From the IMG/VR virus record IMGVR_UViG_3300009068_000024, positions 64,001-128,000 of that record: a stretch of 64,000 nucleotides of DNA. One strand, 5' to 3'. Positions 26,590 to 34,568 of this stretch are shown one piece after another; within the stretch, counting starts at the first letter, position 1; every line of letters starts with the position of its first letter. Both the position numbers and the translations under genes were made by a program. The notes below the pieces were generated by a model. It searched no databases. It had not been told where the DNA came from and was given only the letters and a program-made list of their open reading frames with translations. The DNA comes from a virus.

Positions 26590-28638
26590 GTGGACCACAT
26601 TAAATCACAGGTAGATCGCCTGTCAGAGCTAGATAATGAACAACTATCAGCTCTTCAGGATCAGATCATTGGTGAATTTGAGACGGTCGAAGGCCAAGAG
26701 CCTACCGCTGAATCAGTTGACGCTATGACGTCACTTGCCGATATGCTTGACGCCTGCAGAGGCGAATCTAAGCGTCGCGAGATGGCCGCCCAGGAGCTTG
26801 CACAGCAAGCTGCCGAGGCTGCTATGCGCGTTAAGGGTAGTGACGAGGAGAATATGGATGGTGCAATGCCAGCTGAGGATATGCCTGTAGAGGATATGCC
26901 AGTTGAGGAAGTTCCTGCAGAGGAAGTTCCAGCAACTCCAGAAGAAGCCCCAGTAGAGGGAGAACCTGTTGAAGGTACTCCTGAAGAAGAAATGGGCGAG
27001 ACTCCTGAGGAAGAGGATGACGAGAAGAAGAAGAAGGCAACTGAATCTACTTACTCCACCGAATCTGTCGATGCGTCTGCTACTGCGGTAGAGGGTTCTG
27101 AACTTTCAACCGATGAAAATCCAACCGTTGAGGTCGTCGAAGACGTCCCAGCACAAGAACCAGAAGAGGCTCCAGTTGAGGTCGTCGAAGACGTCCCAGC
27201 AGAAGTCCCAGCAGAAGACACAGCGTTTTCTACTGAAGAACCAGCACAAACAACTATTGCTCCAGAAGAGCAGGAAGGGCAGGCCCCAGTGACCGCCACA
27301 GCAGAACAGCCTTTCGAGGCTCCAGCTGACCGTCAGCCTGTAGTTCAGGTTTCAGAGCCAGCACCGGTAGCAATTACCGCTGGTGCTGACATTCCTGGCT
27401 ACACAGCCGGCAGCGAAATTAAAGACATGAGCGAGGTAGCAGTAGCTATGGAGAAGCGTCTCCACTCACTTCGCCGTGTTAACGGAGGAGACGGAGAGCA
27501 GCACATCGTTGCATCTTTCTCAACCTCTTACCCAGAGTCACGTACTCTATCATCAAATGCAGAAGAGAACACACTTAAGATTGCAGCTGTTGCAGGCCCA
27601 CAGGCCCTTGTTGCTTCCGGTGGTCACGCTGCTCCATTTGAAGTAAAGTATGACATCTACTCAATCGGTTCAACCAACGTTCGTCCAGTTCGCGATGCTT
27701 TGCCTCGCTTCCAGGCTGATCGCGGTGGTATCCGATACATCACTCCACCGAGCCTAGCTCTAGGTTTTAGCAACAACACCACGATTGCTACATCTAGACT
27801 AGCCTACGACAATGCTGTAGGACAGTGGACTGCTTCTACCGATCTAACTCCTAGCACCTCAACAAAGACCAGCTTGACAATCACTTCATCATATGAGAAC
27901 ACAGTGGCTACCTATGCTATGACTCTACAGTTGAAGTTTGGTAACTTGATGACTCGTGCTTACCCAGAGTTGATTGCTCGTCACAACGAACTTGCTCTAG
28001 TACAGCACGCTCGTGAAGCTGAGCAGAACCTTGTCTCTAGAATCGCAACAGAGTCTACCTCTGTAAGCACTTCTAGCTTGCTTGGTTTTGGTCGCGACTT
28101 CTTGGTACAGGTTCGTCGTGCTGCAACTGCATATCGTCAGCGCCACCGCATTGCTCCAGACACCCAGCTACAGGCAGTAATTCCTGTTTGGTTCTACGAT
28201 GCAATGGCAGCTGACTTGACTCTGTCTATGCCAGGCGACGGTACTCTAGATCTATCAAAAGCTGAAATTAATGGCTATCTAGAGCACGTCAACGTAACAG
28301 TTGTCCCTTACATGGACTCAGACACAAGCTCAAACACAATGATCACAACTCAGAGTGCTAACGCTTTACTAAATGGTTTCCCGAACACTCTAGTTTGGTA
28401 CCTATTCGCTGAAGGTACATTTATCTTCCTTGATGGCGGTACTCTAGACCTAGGTATCGTTCGTGACAGCACCCTTGTTGGCACCAACGACTACATTATG
28501 TTCCTAGAAACATTTGAAAACGTAGCGAAGGTTGGTATCGAGTCTCTCGCGATCACCTCAACCATCAACGTCAACGGTGCTGCTGCAGCTCTACGTGACG
28601 TCCTTGGTGGCGTTACTGCTGCAACAATCGAGTACTAA
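26590..28638 (+). CDS. Major capsid protein with acidic N-terminal scaffold-like region
   Basis: AAGGAGG RBS plus GTG; coiled-coil then E/P-rich N-terminal third; ALVASGG...RPVRDALPRFQADRGGI resembles actinophage major capsid (hexamer-type) proteins. Confidence 0.85.
   Translation: MDHIKSQVDRLSELDNEQLSALQDQIIGEFETVEGQEPTAESVDAMTSLADMLDACRGESKRREMAAQELAQQAAEAAMRVKGSDEENMDGAMPAEDMPVEDMPVEEVPAEEVPATPEEAPVEGEPVEGTPEEEMGETPEEEDDEKKKKATESTYSTESVDASATAVEGSELSTDENPTVEVVEDVPAQEPEEAPVEVVEDVPAEVPAEDTAFSTEEPAQTTIAPEEQEGQAPVTATAEQPFEAPADRQPVVQVSEPAPVAITAGADIPGYTAGSEIKDMSEVAVAMEKRLHSLRRVNGGDGEQHIVASFSTSYPESRTLSSNAEENTLKIAAVAGPQALVASGGHAAPFEVKYDIYSIGSTNVRPVRDALPRFQADRGGIRYITPPSLALGFSNNTTIATSRLAYDNAVGQWTASTDLTPSTSTKTSLTITSSYENTVATYAMTLQLKFGNLMTRAYPELIARHNELALVQHAREAEQNLVSRIATESTSVSTSSLLGFGRDFLVQVRRAATAYRQRHRIAPDTQLQAVIPVWFYDAMAADLTLSMPGDGTLDLSKAEINGYLEHVNVTVVPYMDSDTSSNTMITTQSANALLNGFPNTLVWYLFAEGTFIFLDGGTLDLGIVRDSTLVGTNDYIMFLETFENVAKVGIESLAITSTINVNGAAAALRDVLGGVTAATIEY
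27127..27201 (+). repeat. 27-bp perfect direct repeat in the capsid scaffold region (VEVVEDVPA x2)
   Basis: gttgaggtcgtcgaagacgtcccagca at 27127-27153 and 27175-27201. Confidence 0.9.
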
Positions 28639-28648
28639 AAATCCTGGT

Positions 28649-28674
28649 GTGCCCGGGGCTTCGGCCCCGGGTAC
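28649..28674 (+). terminator. GC-rich hairpin with cUUCGg tetraloop after the capsid gene (terminator or mRNA stabiliser)
   Basis: gtgcccggggc-ttcg-gccccgggtac; no clear U-tract on the + strand. Confidence 0.65.
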
Positions 28675-28709
28675 TCCAACTAAAAACTTATAGACTTTAA
28701 GGAAAATAA

Positions 28710-29861
28710 ATGGCTTTTGATGGAGCTTTTAAGGCCCCCGCTATCGTACCCTCTGCGTTCGGCCTATTTTCTATATTCCCTCCAACTAATCCTACTTCAG
28801 GAGAAAAATGGGTTAGAGGATTTGATCAGTGGTGGGACACTACCCCTAGCTACGTTAGAGTATTAGACGCTAACTACACATCATATACAGTTGCTACAGT
28901 AGACTCTAACCCTACTGTACCTCTATATAGTCGCCACATCCCATTCTTTATTGAAGTTCAAGATGACAGATCTACTCTAGGTCTCCTTGGTGAAGAACGT
29001 ATGGCTCGAGTTCTACGTCAGCTAGAAGGTGTATCACAGAAAGCCTGTGAACTTGAGCTTTGGGACGGTGCCGTTGCTTTGCAAGGATCTTCAACAGATC
29101 TTGTAAACCCGTACCTATCTAAAGGTACTACCCTAACTATTCTTCCTGGACGTAAGTCTGACGGATCGGTTGCAGATTCAACTTCTGATGGAGCTGCTAT
29201 TTCTGTTAAACACGGTATTGCTGTTCTAGAGCAGAATATCGGACTCTACTCTTCTGCCGGTGAGCAAGGCTGGATTCACCTTACTCGCGACTCTGCCGCT
29301 GTTCTTAGCTCTTATAATCAAATGGTAGTTGACTATTATGACCCTAATAAAGGTTCTCGCCAACACCTACAAACTTTTGGCGGAACTCCGCTAGTACTCG
29401 GCTCTGGCTATTCAGGTAACGGTCCCGTTGTAAACGTAACTAACAAAGCTGCTGATGGAACTAACGCAACACTAACTACAGCTAATAACCATGGTCTTGC
29501 TGTTGGTGACACTGTAACTGTTACTGGCGTTGACGCTACTTTCAATGGTACTTACACCACAATAACTGGTACCACTGCAACTACTATTAAGTATGCAAAA
29601 GCGGCAACTGTGTCGACTGTTGCTACTACAGGCGGAACTGCACAAATGCAGGCTAACAGCCGCTACAAATGGATTTACGCGTCAGGTGAAGTACGAGTCT
29701 ATCTCGGTGACTCTGATCTTGTAAATGATAGTTTAGGTCAAGGCCTTTCTGTCAGCTCAAACCAAAATGACATGAGAATCAAGGCTACCCGCCCTGCTGC
29801 GGTCTACTTTGATACATCCATCCACCTAGGTGTCAAGGTTGACTTGACTCTAACTAACTAA
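28710..29861 (+). CDS. Second capsid-associated protein (possible pentamer-type capsid protein) with an inserted beta-rich domain
   Basis: Follows the major capsid gene; PFFIEV...SQKACELELWDG; insert ATLTTANNHGLAVGDTVTVTGVDATFNGTY. Confidence 0.55.
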   Translation: MAFDGAFKAPAIVPSAFGLFSIFPPTNPTSGEKWVRGFDQWWDTTPSYVRVLDANYTSYTVATVDSNPTVPLYSRHIPFFIEVQDDRSTLGLLGEERMARVLRQLEGVSQKACELELWDGAVALQGSSTDLVNPYLSKGTTLTILPGRKSDGSVADSTSDGAAISVKHGIAVLEQNIGLYSSAGEQGWIHLTRDSAAVLSSYNQMVVDYYDPNKGSRQHLQTFGGTPLVLGSGYSGNGPVVNVTNKAADGTNATLTTANNHGLAVGDTVTVTGVDATFNGTYTTITGTTATTIKYAKAATVSTVATTGGTAQMQANSRYKWIYASGEVRVYLGDSDLVNDSLGQGLSVSSNQNDMRIKATRPAAVYFDTSIHLGVKVDLTLTN

Positions 29862-29876
29862 TAAGGAGAATAGGTA

Positions 29877-31421
29877 ATGCCTACTCAAGAATATGCAGCC
29901 AGCATCCAAGGTGTGTCGATCCGTGTCACCCGCCTAGACGCAGCTGGCAACCTACAAACAGGTCCGGGTGATAGCTACACTACATCAGCTTTCATGCGTC
30001 TGTCATTCACCCCAGAGTACGAAGAAGGCGATGAAATCACCGAGAAGGGTGCCAATGGTGCCGTTTGTGTGACTTTCAAGTCTCCTGACACTCTAAAAAG
30101 AATCACAATGGAACTTGCTATCTGTGAGCCAGACCCTGAGCTTTCTGCACTTCTTTCAGGTGGTCTATTGCTTCGCAAGAACGTGGGAACCTTTGCTTCA
30201 GCTAACAACCTATCAGTAGGTTGGGCTTCACCTGCAGTTGGCGATGACCCAGCTGGTTTCGGTGTTGCTATCGAAGCTTGGTCATGGGCTGTCAAGGATG
30301 GTAAGCGTGCTGGTACACGTCCATACTTCCACTGGGTATTCCCATTCGTTAAGCTACGTCAGTCTGGTGACCGTGTAATTGAGAATGGTGTTCTTGCTAA
30401 CACATTCCAGGGTTATGGTCTAGGAAATTCCAACTTCTCATCAGGTATTGATGGTCGTTGGGAGTTCCCAACTGCTTCTGAGCGTCCATATGCATACTCA
30501 CGTGCTACATGGGCTCCAGTTGGTCTAAATGGTTTCTACACCTGGAACTACGCTGGTGAAGGCACTACTGAGCTTGGTACTCCAAACTACTCAGCTGTTA
30601 CTTCTCTTGAGGGTATTAACTACAGCCTATCTACTGAAGCAATCACAACTGCTGGTGCGATCACTCTAGTTACTTCAGCTAGCCACACTTACAGCGTTGG
30701 TGACAGCATTACAGTCGGTAACGCAGATACTACTTACCTAGTAACTAACAAGGCTGCTACTACTTCTACTGTAACTTTGACACTTGCGTCTGGTCACGGT
30801 GTTGTAGTTGGTGACAAGATCATCGTAGCAATTGGTGACAGTGCATTTGATGGTACTTATGGTGTAGCTACAGTGTCGACTAACGACATTACCTACGCTA
30901 AGACCAATGCGGTTGCTGTGACTAGCGTTGCTGTAAACAGTTCTTCTGCTGTTGTTACCCGTAACATCTTCAACGGTACATTCACTGCTCTTGCAGGTAC
31001 AACTGGAACTAGCATTTCTGTTGCTCGTCGTGTTGCAATTTCAGCATGTACAGGCGCTACAACTACGGGTACATACACTGCTACAGCTCACGGTCTAGTT
31101 ACTGGTCAGCTTGTTACTGTTACTGGATTCTCAACTAACGCAGCATTCAACGTTACCGCTGCTGCTATTACAGTAACTGGTGTAAACACCTTCACTGCAA
31201 CTATCTCAAGCACAACCGCTACAGAAACTATTGCGGCCGTTGCTCAGGTAACTCGTGGTACTGCAATCACAACTACTACAGTTCCTTACGGTGCTAGCGT
31301 ATCGTCAGCTGTTGCAGGTACTTCATCTACAACTGGATACAACGTTCCTGGAAGCCTGCTCTACAACGCTGATCAGCCAGTTGACCGCGTAATCAAGTCA
31401 AACGAGGACCCAACCTCTTAA
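29877..31421 (+). CDS. Major tail (tube) protein with C-terminal beta-rich decoration domains
   Basis: IRVTRLDAAG...FTPEYEEGDEITEKGANGAVCV is actinophage tail-tube-like; AAGGAG RBS; Thr-rich C-terminal modules. Confidence 0.75.
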   Translation: MPTQEYAASIQGVSIRVTRLDAAGNLQTGPGDSYTTSAFMRLSFTPEYEEGDEITEKGANGAVCVTFKSPDTLKRITMELAICEPDPELSALLSGGLLLRKNVGTFASANNLSVGWASPAVGDDPAGFGVAIEAWSWAVKDGKRAGTRPYFHWVFPFVKLRQSGDRVIENGVLANTFQGYGLGNSNFSSGIDGRWEFPTASERPYAYSRATWAPVGLNGFYTWNYAGEGTTELGTPNYSAVTSLEGINYSLSTEAITTAGAITLVTSASHTYSVGDSITVGNADTTYLVTNKAATTSTVTLTLASGHGVVVGDKIIVAIGDSAFDGTYGVATVSTNDITYAKTNAVAVTSVAVNSSSAVVTRNIFNGTFTALAGTTGTSISVARRVAISACTGATTTGTYTATAHGLVTGQLVTVTGFSTNAAFNVTAAAITVTGVNTFTATISSTTATETIAAVAQVTRGTAITTTTVPYGASVSSAVAGTSSTTGYNVPGSLLYNADQPVDRVIKSNEDPTS

Positions 31422-31440
31422 TAACCACTAAATGATGAAG

Positions 31441-31479
31441 GCGGCGTGCCTTGGTGTGCGAGACATGCCAGCACGCCGC
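31441..31479 (+). terminator. Stem-loop after the major tail gene
   Basis: gcggcgtgc...gcacgccgc 9-bp perfect outer stem plus an inner stem, followed by ttaatt. Confidence 0.55.
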
Positions 31480-31504
31480 TTAATTCATATCTAGGAGATA
31501 TACT

Positions 31505-32617
31505 ATGGGAACTTCACTATGGGTCCAACCAGAAGAGCTTGGATCATATGCAAACACTGAGTTCGCTCAGGAGGCTTGCCAGACTGCATCATATTTGATG
31601 TGGACTATGTCTGGCCGTAAGTTTACTGGTGAAACAACTGTAACTGAGCGTTACGTTTGTGCTAAACGAGCTTATCGCCTTGGACCATCTTCTAGAAACT
31701 ATTATGGAACTTTAATTACTGGTCAGCTCTACAATATTCCTGTAGCTGACTTTAATGAATACACAGAACTTGTGTCCGACGGTCTTTCTCCCGAATCAAG
31801 AATCAAACTGCGCGGACGTCCTGTAACTAAGATTCACACCGTTAGAAATATGAACGGTGAGATCATTAGCCCAGATCTTTACTACCTTGTAGATCACTCT
31901 ACCATTCAAGCTTCCGCTGGTATTCCATGGACTCCTTGCAACGTTGAAGTTACCTACACCTACGGGTCTCCGATCCCTATGGCTGGAAAAATGGCTGCTC
32001 GTACTCTTGCTATGGAGTTTGCTAAACTATGGGCTGGCGACGATGACTGTATGCTTCCGCAGCGTATTACATCTATCTCTCGTCAAGGTGTCTCTTACAC
32101 ACTTCTAGATTCTCAAGACTTTATTGACGATCTTCGCACCGGCGTGTATGTCATTGATTTATTTTTAAAATCTGTTAATCCAGACAAAGCCCGCGCTCGT
32201 GCTCGTGTATTTAGTCCGGATGCTCCGAGAGCTAGACGCTATACTCCAAAGACAGCCGTCTTAACTGAAAATTCTAATTTTGATATATCCGTAGTTCAAA
32301 ATACTTCAGCTACTTGGACATCTGTTGGAAAAACTGGAGCAGATGTTTCTGTCTTCTTTACCGAAGCAGGTTGGACTCCAGTAGTCACTATACGTAGTGC
32401 CGGTGGAAGTAAAAGTTTAGATATTGCATCTAGCAATATAGTTGTAAATAACACAAATAGTTCTGTGTCATTTACAGTTACATACAATGATGCAAGATCA
32501 GTGTTGGGCTTTATTGACCCAGGCACGTGGACTCTGTACGCAACTAAGACCGTAGCCGGTATTACGACCGTATCTGAGCTTGAGACTGGAAACCTCCAGA
32601 TCAAGTTAAATAACTAG
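31505..32617 (+). CDS. Head-to-tail adaptor/connector protein
   Basis: ASYLMWTMSGRKF...LPQRITSISRQGVS...TGVYVIDLFL..VNP pattern and gene position. Confidence 0.65.
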   Translation: MGTSLWVQPEELGSYANTEFAQEACQTASYLMWTMSGRKFTGETTVTERYVCAKRAYRLGPSSRNYYGTLITGQLYNIPVADFNEYTELVSDGLSPESRIKLRGRPVTKIHTVRNMNGEIISPDLYYLVDHSTIQASAGIPWTPCNVEVTYTYGSPIPMAGKMAARTLAMEFAKLWAGDDDCMLPQRITSISRQGVSYTLLDSQDFIDDLRTGVYVIDLFLKSVNPDKARARARVFSPDAPRARRYTPKTAVLTENSNFDISVVQNTSATWTSVGKTGADVSVFFTEAGWTPVVTIRSAGGSKSLDIASSNIVVNNTNSSVSFTVTYNDARSVLGFIDPGTWTLYATKTVAGITTVSELETGNLQIKLNN

Positions 32618-32631
32618 GAAAGAAGATAAAA

Positions 32632-32850
32632 ATGTCAGCTCAAACAAATTTCACTGCTGCCGATATGGTTGTAGTTGATGAAAATGGTATTGTAGCTACA
32701 GTTTCTGCTGCCAAAGTGGTGGAGGAAAGTAAAGTTACTGCAAAACCAGTCGTAAAAAAGGTAGAAGCCAAGGTTGAAGAAGTTAAACCTGAAGTTACTG
32801 TAGAACCTGAGGCTGAAGTTGCTGCAGAAGAAACTCCAGAAGTTAAGTAG
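32632..32850 (+). CDS. Small low-complexity (E/K/V) hypothetical protein
   Basis: AGGA RBS; fits between neighbouring genes. Confidence 0.6.
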   Translation: MSAQTNFTAADMVVVDENGIVATVSAAKVVEESKVTAKPVVKKVEAKVEEVKPEVTVEPEAEVAAEETPEVK

Positions 32851-32852
32851 GT

Positions 32853-33356
32853 ATGTCTGTGGCAGTGAACATTGGTGATTTTTCTGAGGATGCATTAAAC
32901 CTCAAGGATATGATGGACGGAATTCTTGAAAAAGTTGAAACCGTCTTTCAGTCATACAATGTTCCTCTGCCTCAGCGTAGGTACTGGACAATGGGTAATC
33001 CAGCTATTGATTGCGATCAGGTAGTGGTTTCTTTTAGTCAAATGTATTTAGGATCTCCTGGAGATCAAGTAAGCACCCCTCAACGTTGTAACGTCCCTCG
33101 TACAGCTATTGTAAATATTAGTATTGCCCGTGAAGTTCCCACTGTTGGCATGAATGGACGTCCGCCTACAGGTGAAAAAATTCAACAAGGTGCTGCCTTG
33201 TCAGCGGTTGATGCTTGGGTATTAATGGCTTCTATGAAGTCATTCGATATGTGGGATGGTATCTTTGGGCTAGGTGTTATGGCTACCGTAGAAGCTGGCG
33301 ACATAGAAGGCGGTTTTCAAGTTGTAACTATGGAGCTAACTCTGGCGGTTCCATAA
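32853..33356 (+). CDS. Neck/tail-completion protein (tail terminator-like)
   Basis: Position between adaptor and tail chaperone; size; PAIDCDQ motif. Confidence 0.5.
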   Translation: MSVAVNIGDFSEDALNLKDMMDGILEKVETVFQSYNVPLPQRRYWTMGNPAIDCDQVVVSFSQMYLGSPGDQVSTPQRCNVPRTAIVNISIAREVPTVGMNGRPPTGEKIQQGAALSAVDAWVLMASMKSFDMWDGIFGLGVMATVEAGDIEGGFQVVTMELTLAVP

Positions 33357-33754
33357 TGGCTAAAACCATAAAAGTGACTTTAGATCACAATAAAATAAAT
33401 AATCTTTTAAACTCCCCTAGAGAAGATGTGGGGAGAGAACTTTCAAGAAGAGCTAAAAGAGTTCAAGTTGCAGCTAAAAGACAGGTTGGAGTTAGAACCG
33501 GAAGACTTAGAAACTCCATACGAGTTTATGGTCACAGTAGAACTGCTAACGGACAACATATGTATATCGGATCTGCCGTTCCGTATGCTCGTCTACATCA
33601 TGATGGCACAAAAAGACATGTAATAGAACCGAAGAGAAAGTCTTATCTTAAGTTTAGAAAGGGTGCGGTCTTTGTTTATAGAAAGAGAGTTAACCATCCT
33701 GGTACCAAGGCAAATAGGTATTTAACAGATAATTTATACTTATTCTATAGCTAA
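33356..33754 (+). CDS. HK97 gp10-like neck protein; likely start is ATG 33356
   Basis: TAATG overlap with the previous stop; VRTGRLRNSI...YARLHHDGT...VNHPGTKANRYL. Confidence 0.7.
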   Translation: MAKTIKVTLDHNKINNLLNSPREDVGRELSRRAKRVQVAAKRQVGVRTGRLRNSIRVYGHSRTANGQHMYIGSAVPYARLHHDGTKRHVIEPKRKSYLKFRKGAVFVYRKRVNHPGTKANRYLTDNLYLFYS

Positions 33755-33799
33755 ATAGCTATAAATACGCAAGTATTCAATACAAACTAAGGATAACAA

Positions 33800-34138
33800 A
33801 TGACTCGATTTAAAGACTTTGGTACTGGTGATCAGGACCCAAATGCTGAACCAATTTCGTTCAAACTACACGGCCAAGAATTCAAATGCGTAAAGCAGAT
33901 TCAAGGCAAAACCATGCTGGAACTTATTTCAGCTAGCTCATCTGATGACCCTAGCAGAAATGCTGATGCAGTAAATATGTTCTTCTCTAAGGTTCTTTTG
34001 AAGGACAGCTACGAACAGTTCCAGGCTCTTCAGGAAGATCCAGAAAAAATTGTTTCGGTTGAAACTCTATCAGAGATCACTTCGTGGCTCATCGAGGAGT
34101 ATTCAAGCCGCCCTACAGAGCGGCCATCAGTCTCCTAA
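33800..34138 (+). CDS. Tail assembly chaperone (G-like)
   Basis: Two ORFs upstream of the tape measure gene; ends ...WLIEEYSSRPT; AAGGA RBS. Confidence 0.7.
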   Translation: MTRFKDFGTGDQDPNAEPISFKLHGQEFKCVKQIQGKTMLELISASSSDDPSRNADAVNMFFSKVLLKDSYEQFQALQEDPEKIVSVETLSEITSWLIEEYSSRPTERPSVS

Positions 34139-34542
34139 GTTGGGGGATTGATCTCTGGCCGTACGTCAACGGAAAGGCATTAGTGAGCGGTCTACAACTT
34201 GCAAGTATGGAAGCATGTGACATGCTTGACGTCCTTCACTATTTCCTCGAAGAAGACTTCAGATACTCTGGCGAATATGAGCCAATTTACAAGGATAACT
34301 TTAGAAAGAATATTTATGATTCTTTGTATGGATCTGACTACAAGTATCTAAGTCAAGATGAAATTAGTCCTGAATTCGATGACATAAGTACACTAGAGGC
34401 TCCAGAGGAAGCTCTCGAGCCCGAAGAGATTATCGAGCCTTTCAATCCGAGAAAAGCTTCGGTAAAACCATATATTGAACCTACCCCGGTATTTGACGGA
34501 GAACTTCCTTTTGGAAGGCTTCTTGATGAGCCGATGGGTTAA
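34084..34542 (+). CDS. Tail assembly chaperone extension (T-like), probably made by -1 frameshift
   Basis: Overlaps the chaperone in the -1 frame, lacks a clear RBS and directly precedes the tape measure gene. Confidence 0.55.
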   Translation: MAHRGVFKPPYRAAISLLSWGIDLWPYVNGKALVSGLQLASMEACDMLDVLHYFLEEDFRYSGEYEPIYKDNFRKNIYDSLYGSDYKYLSQDEISPEFDDISTLEAPEEALEPEEIIEPFNPRKASVKPYIEPTPVFDGELPFGRLLDEPMG

Positions 34543-34568
34543 TTGTAAGAAGGAGGTGAGTCATAGCC

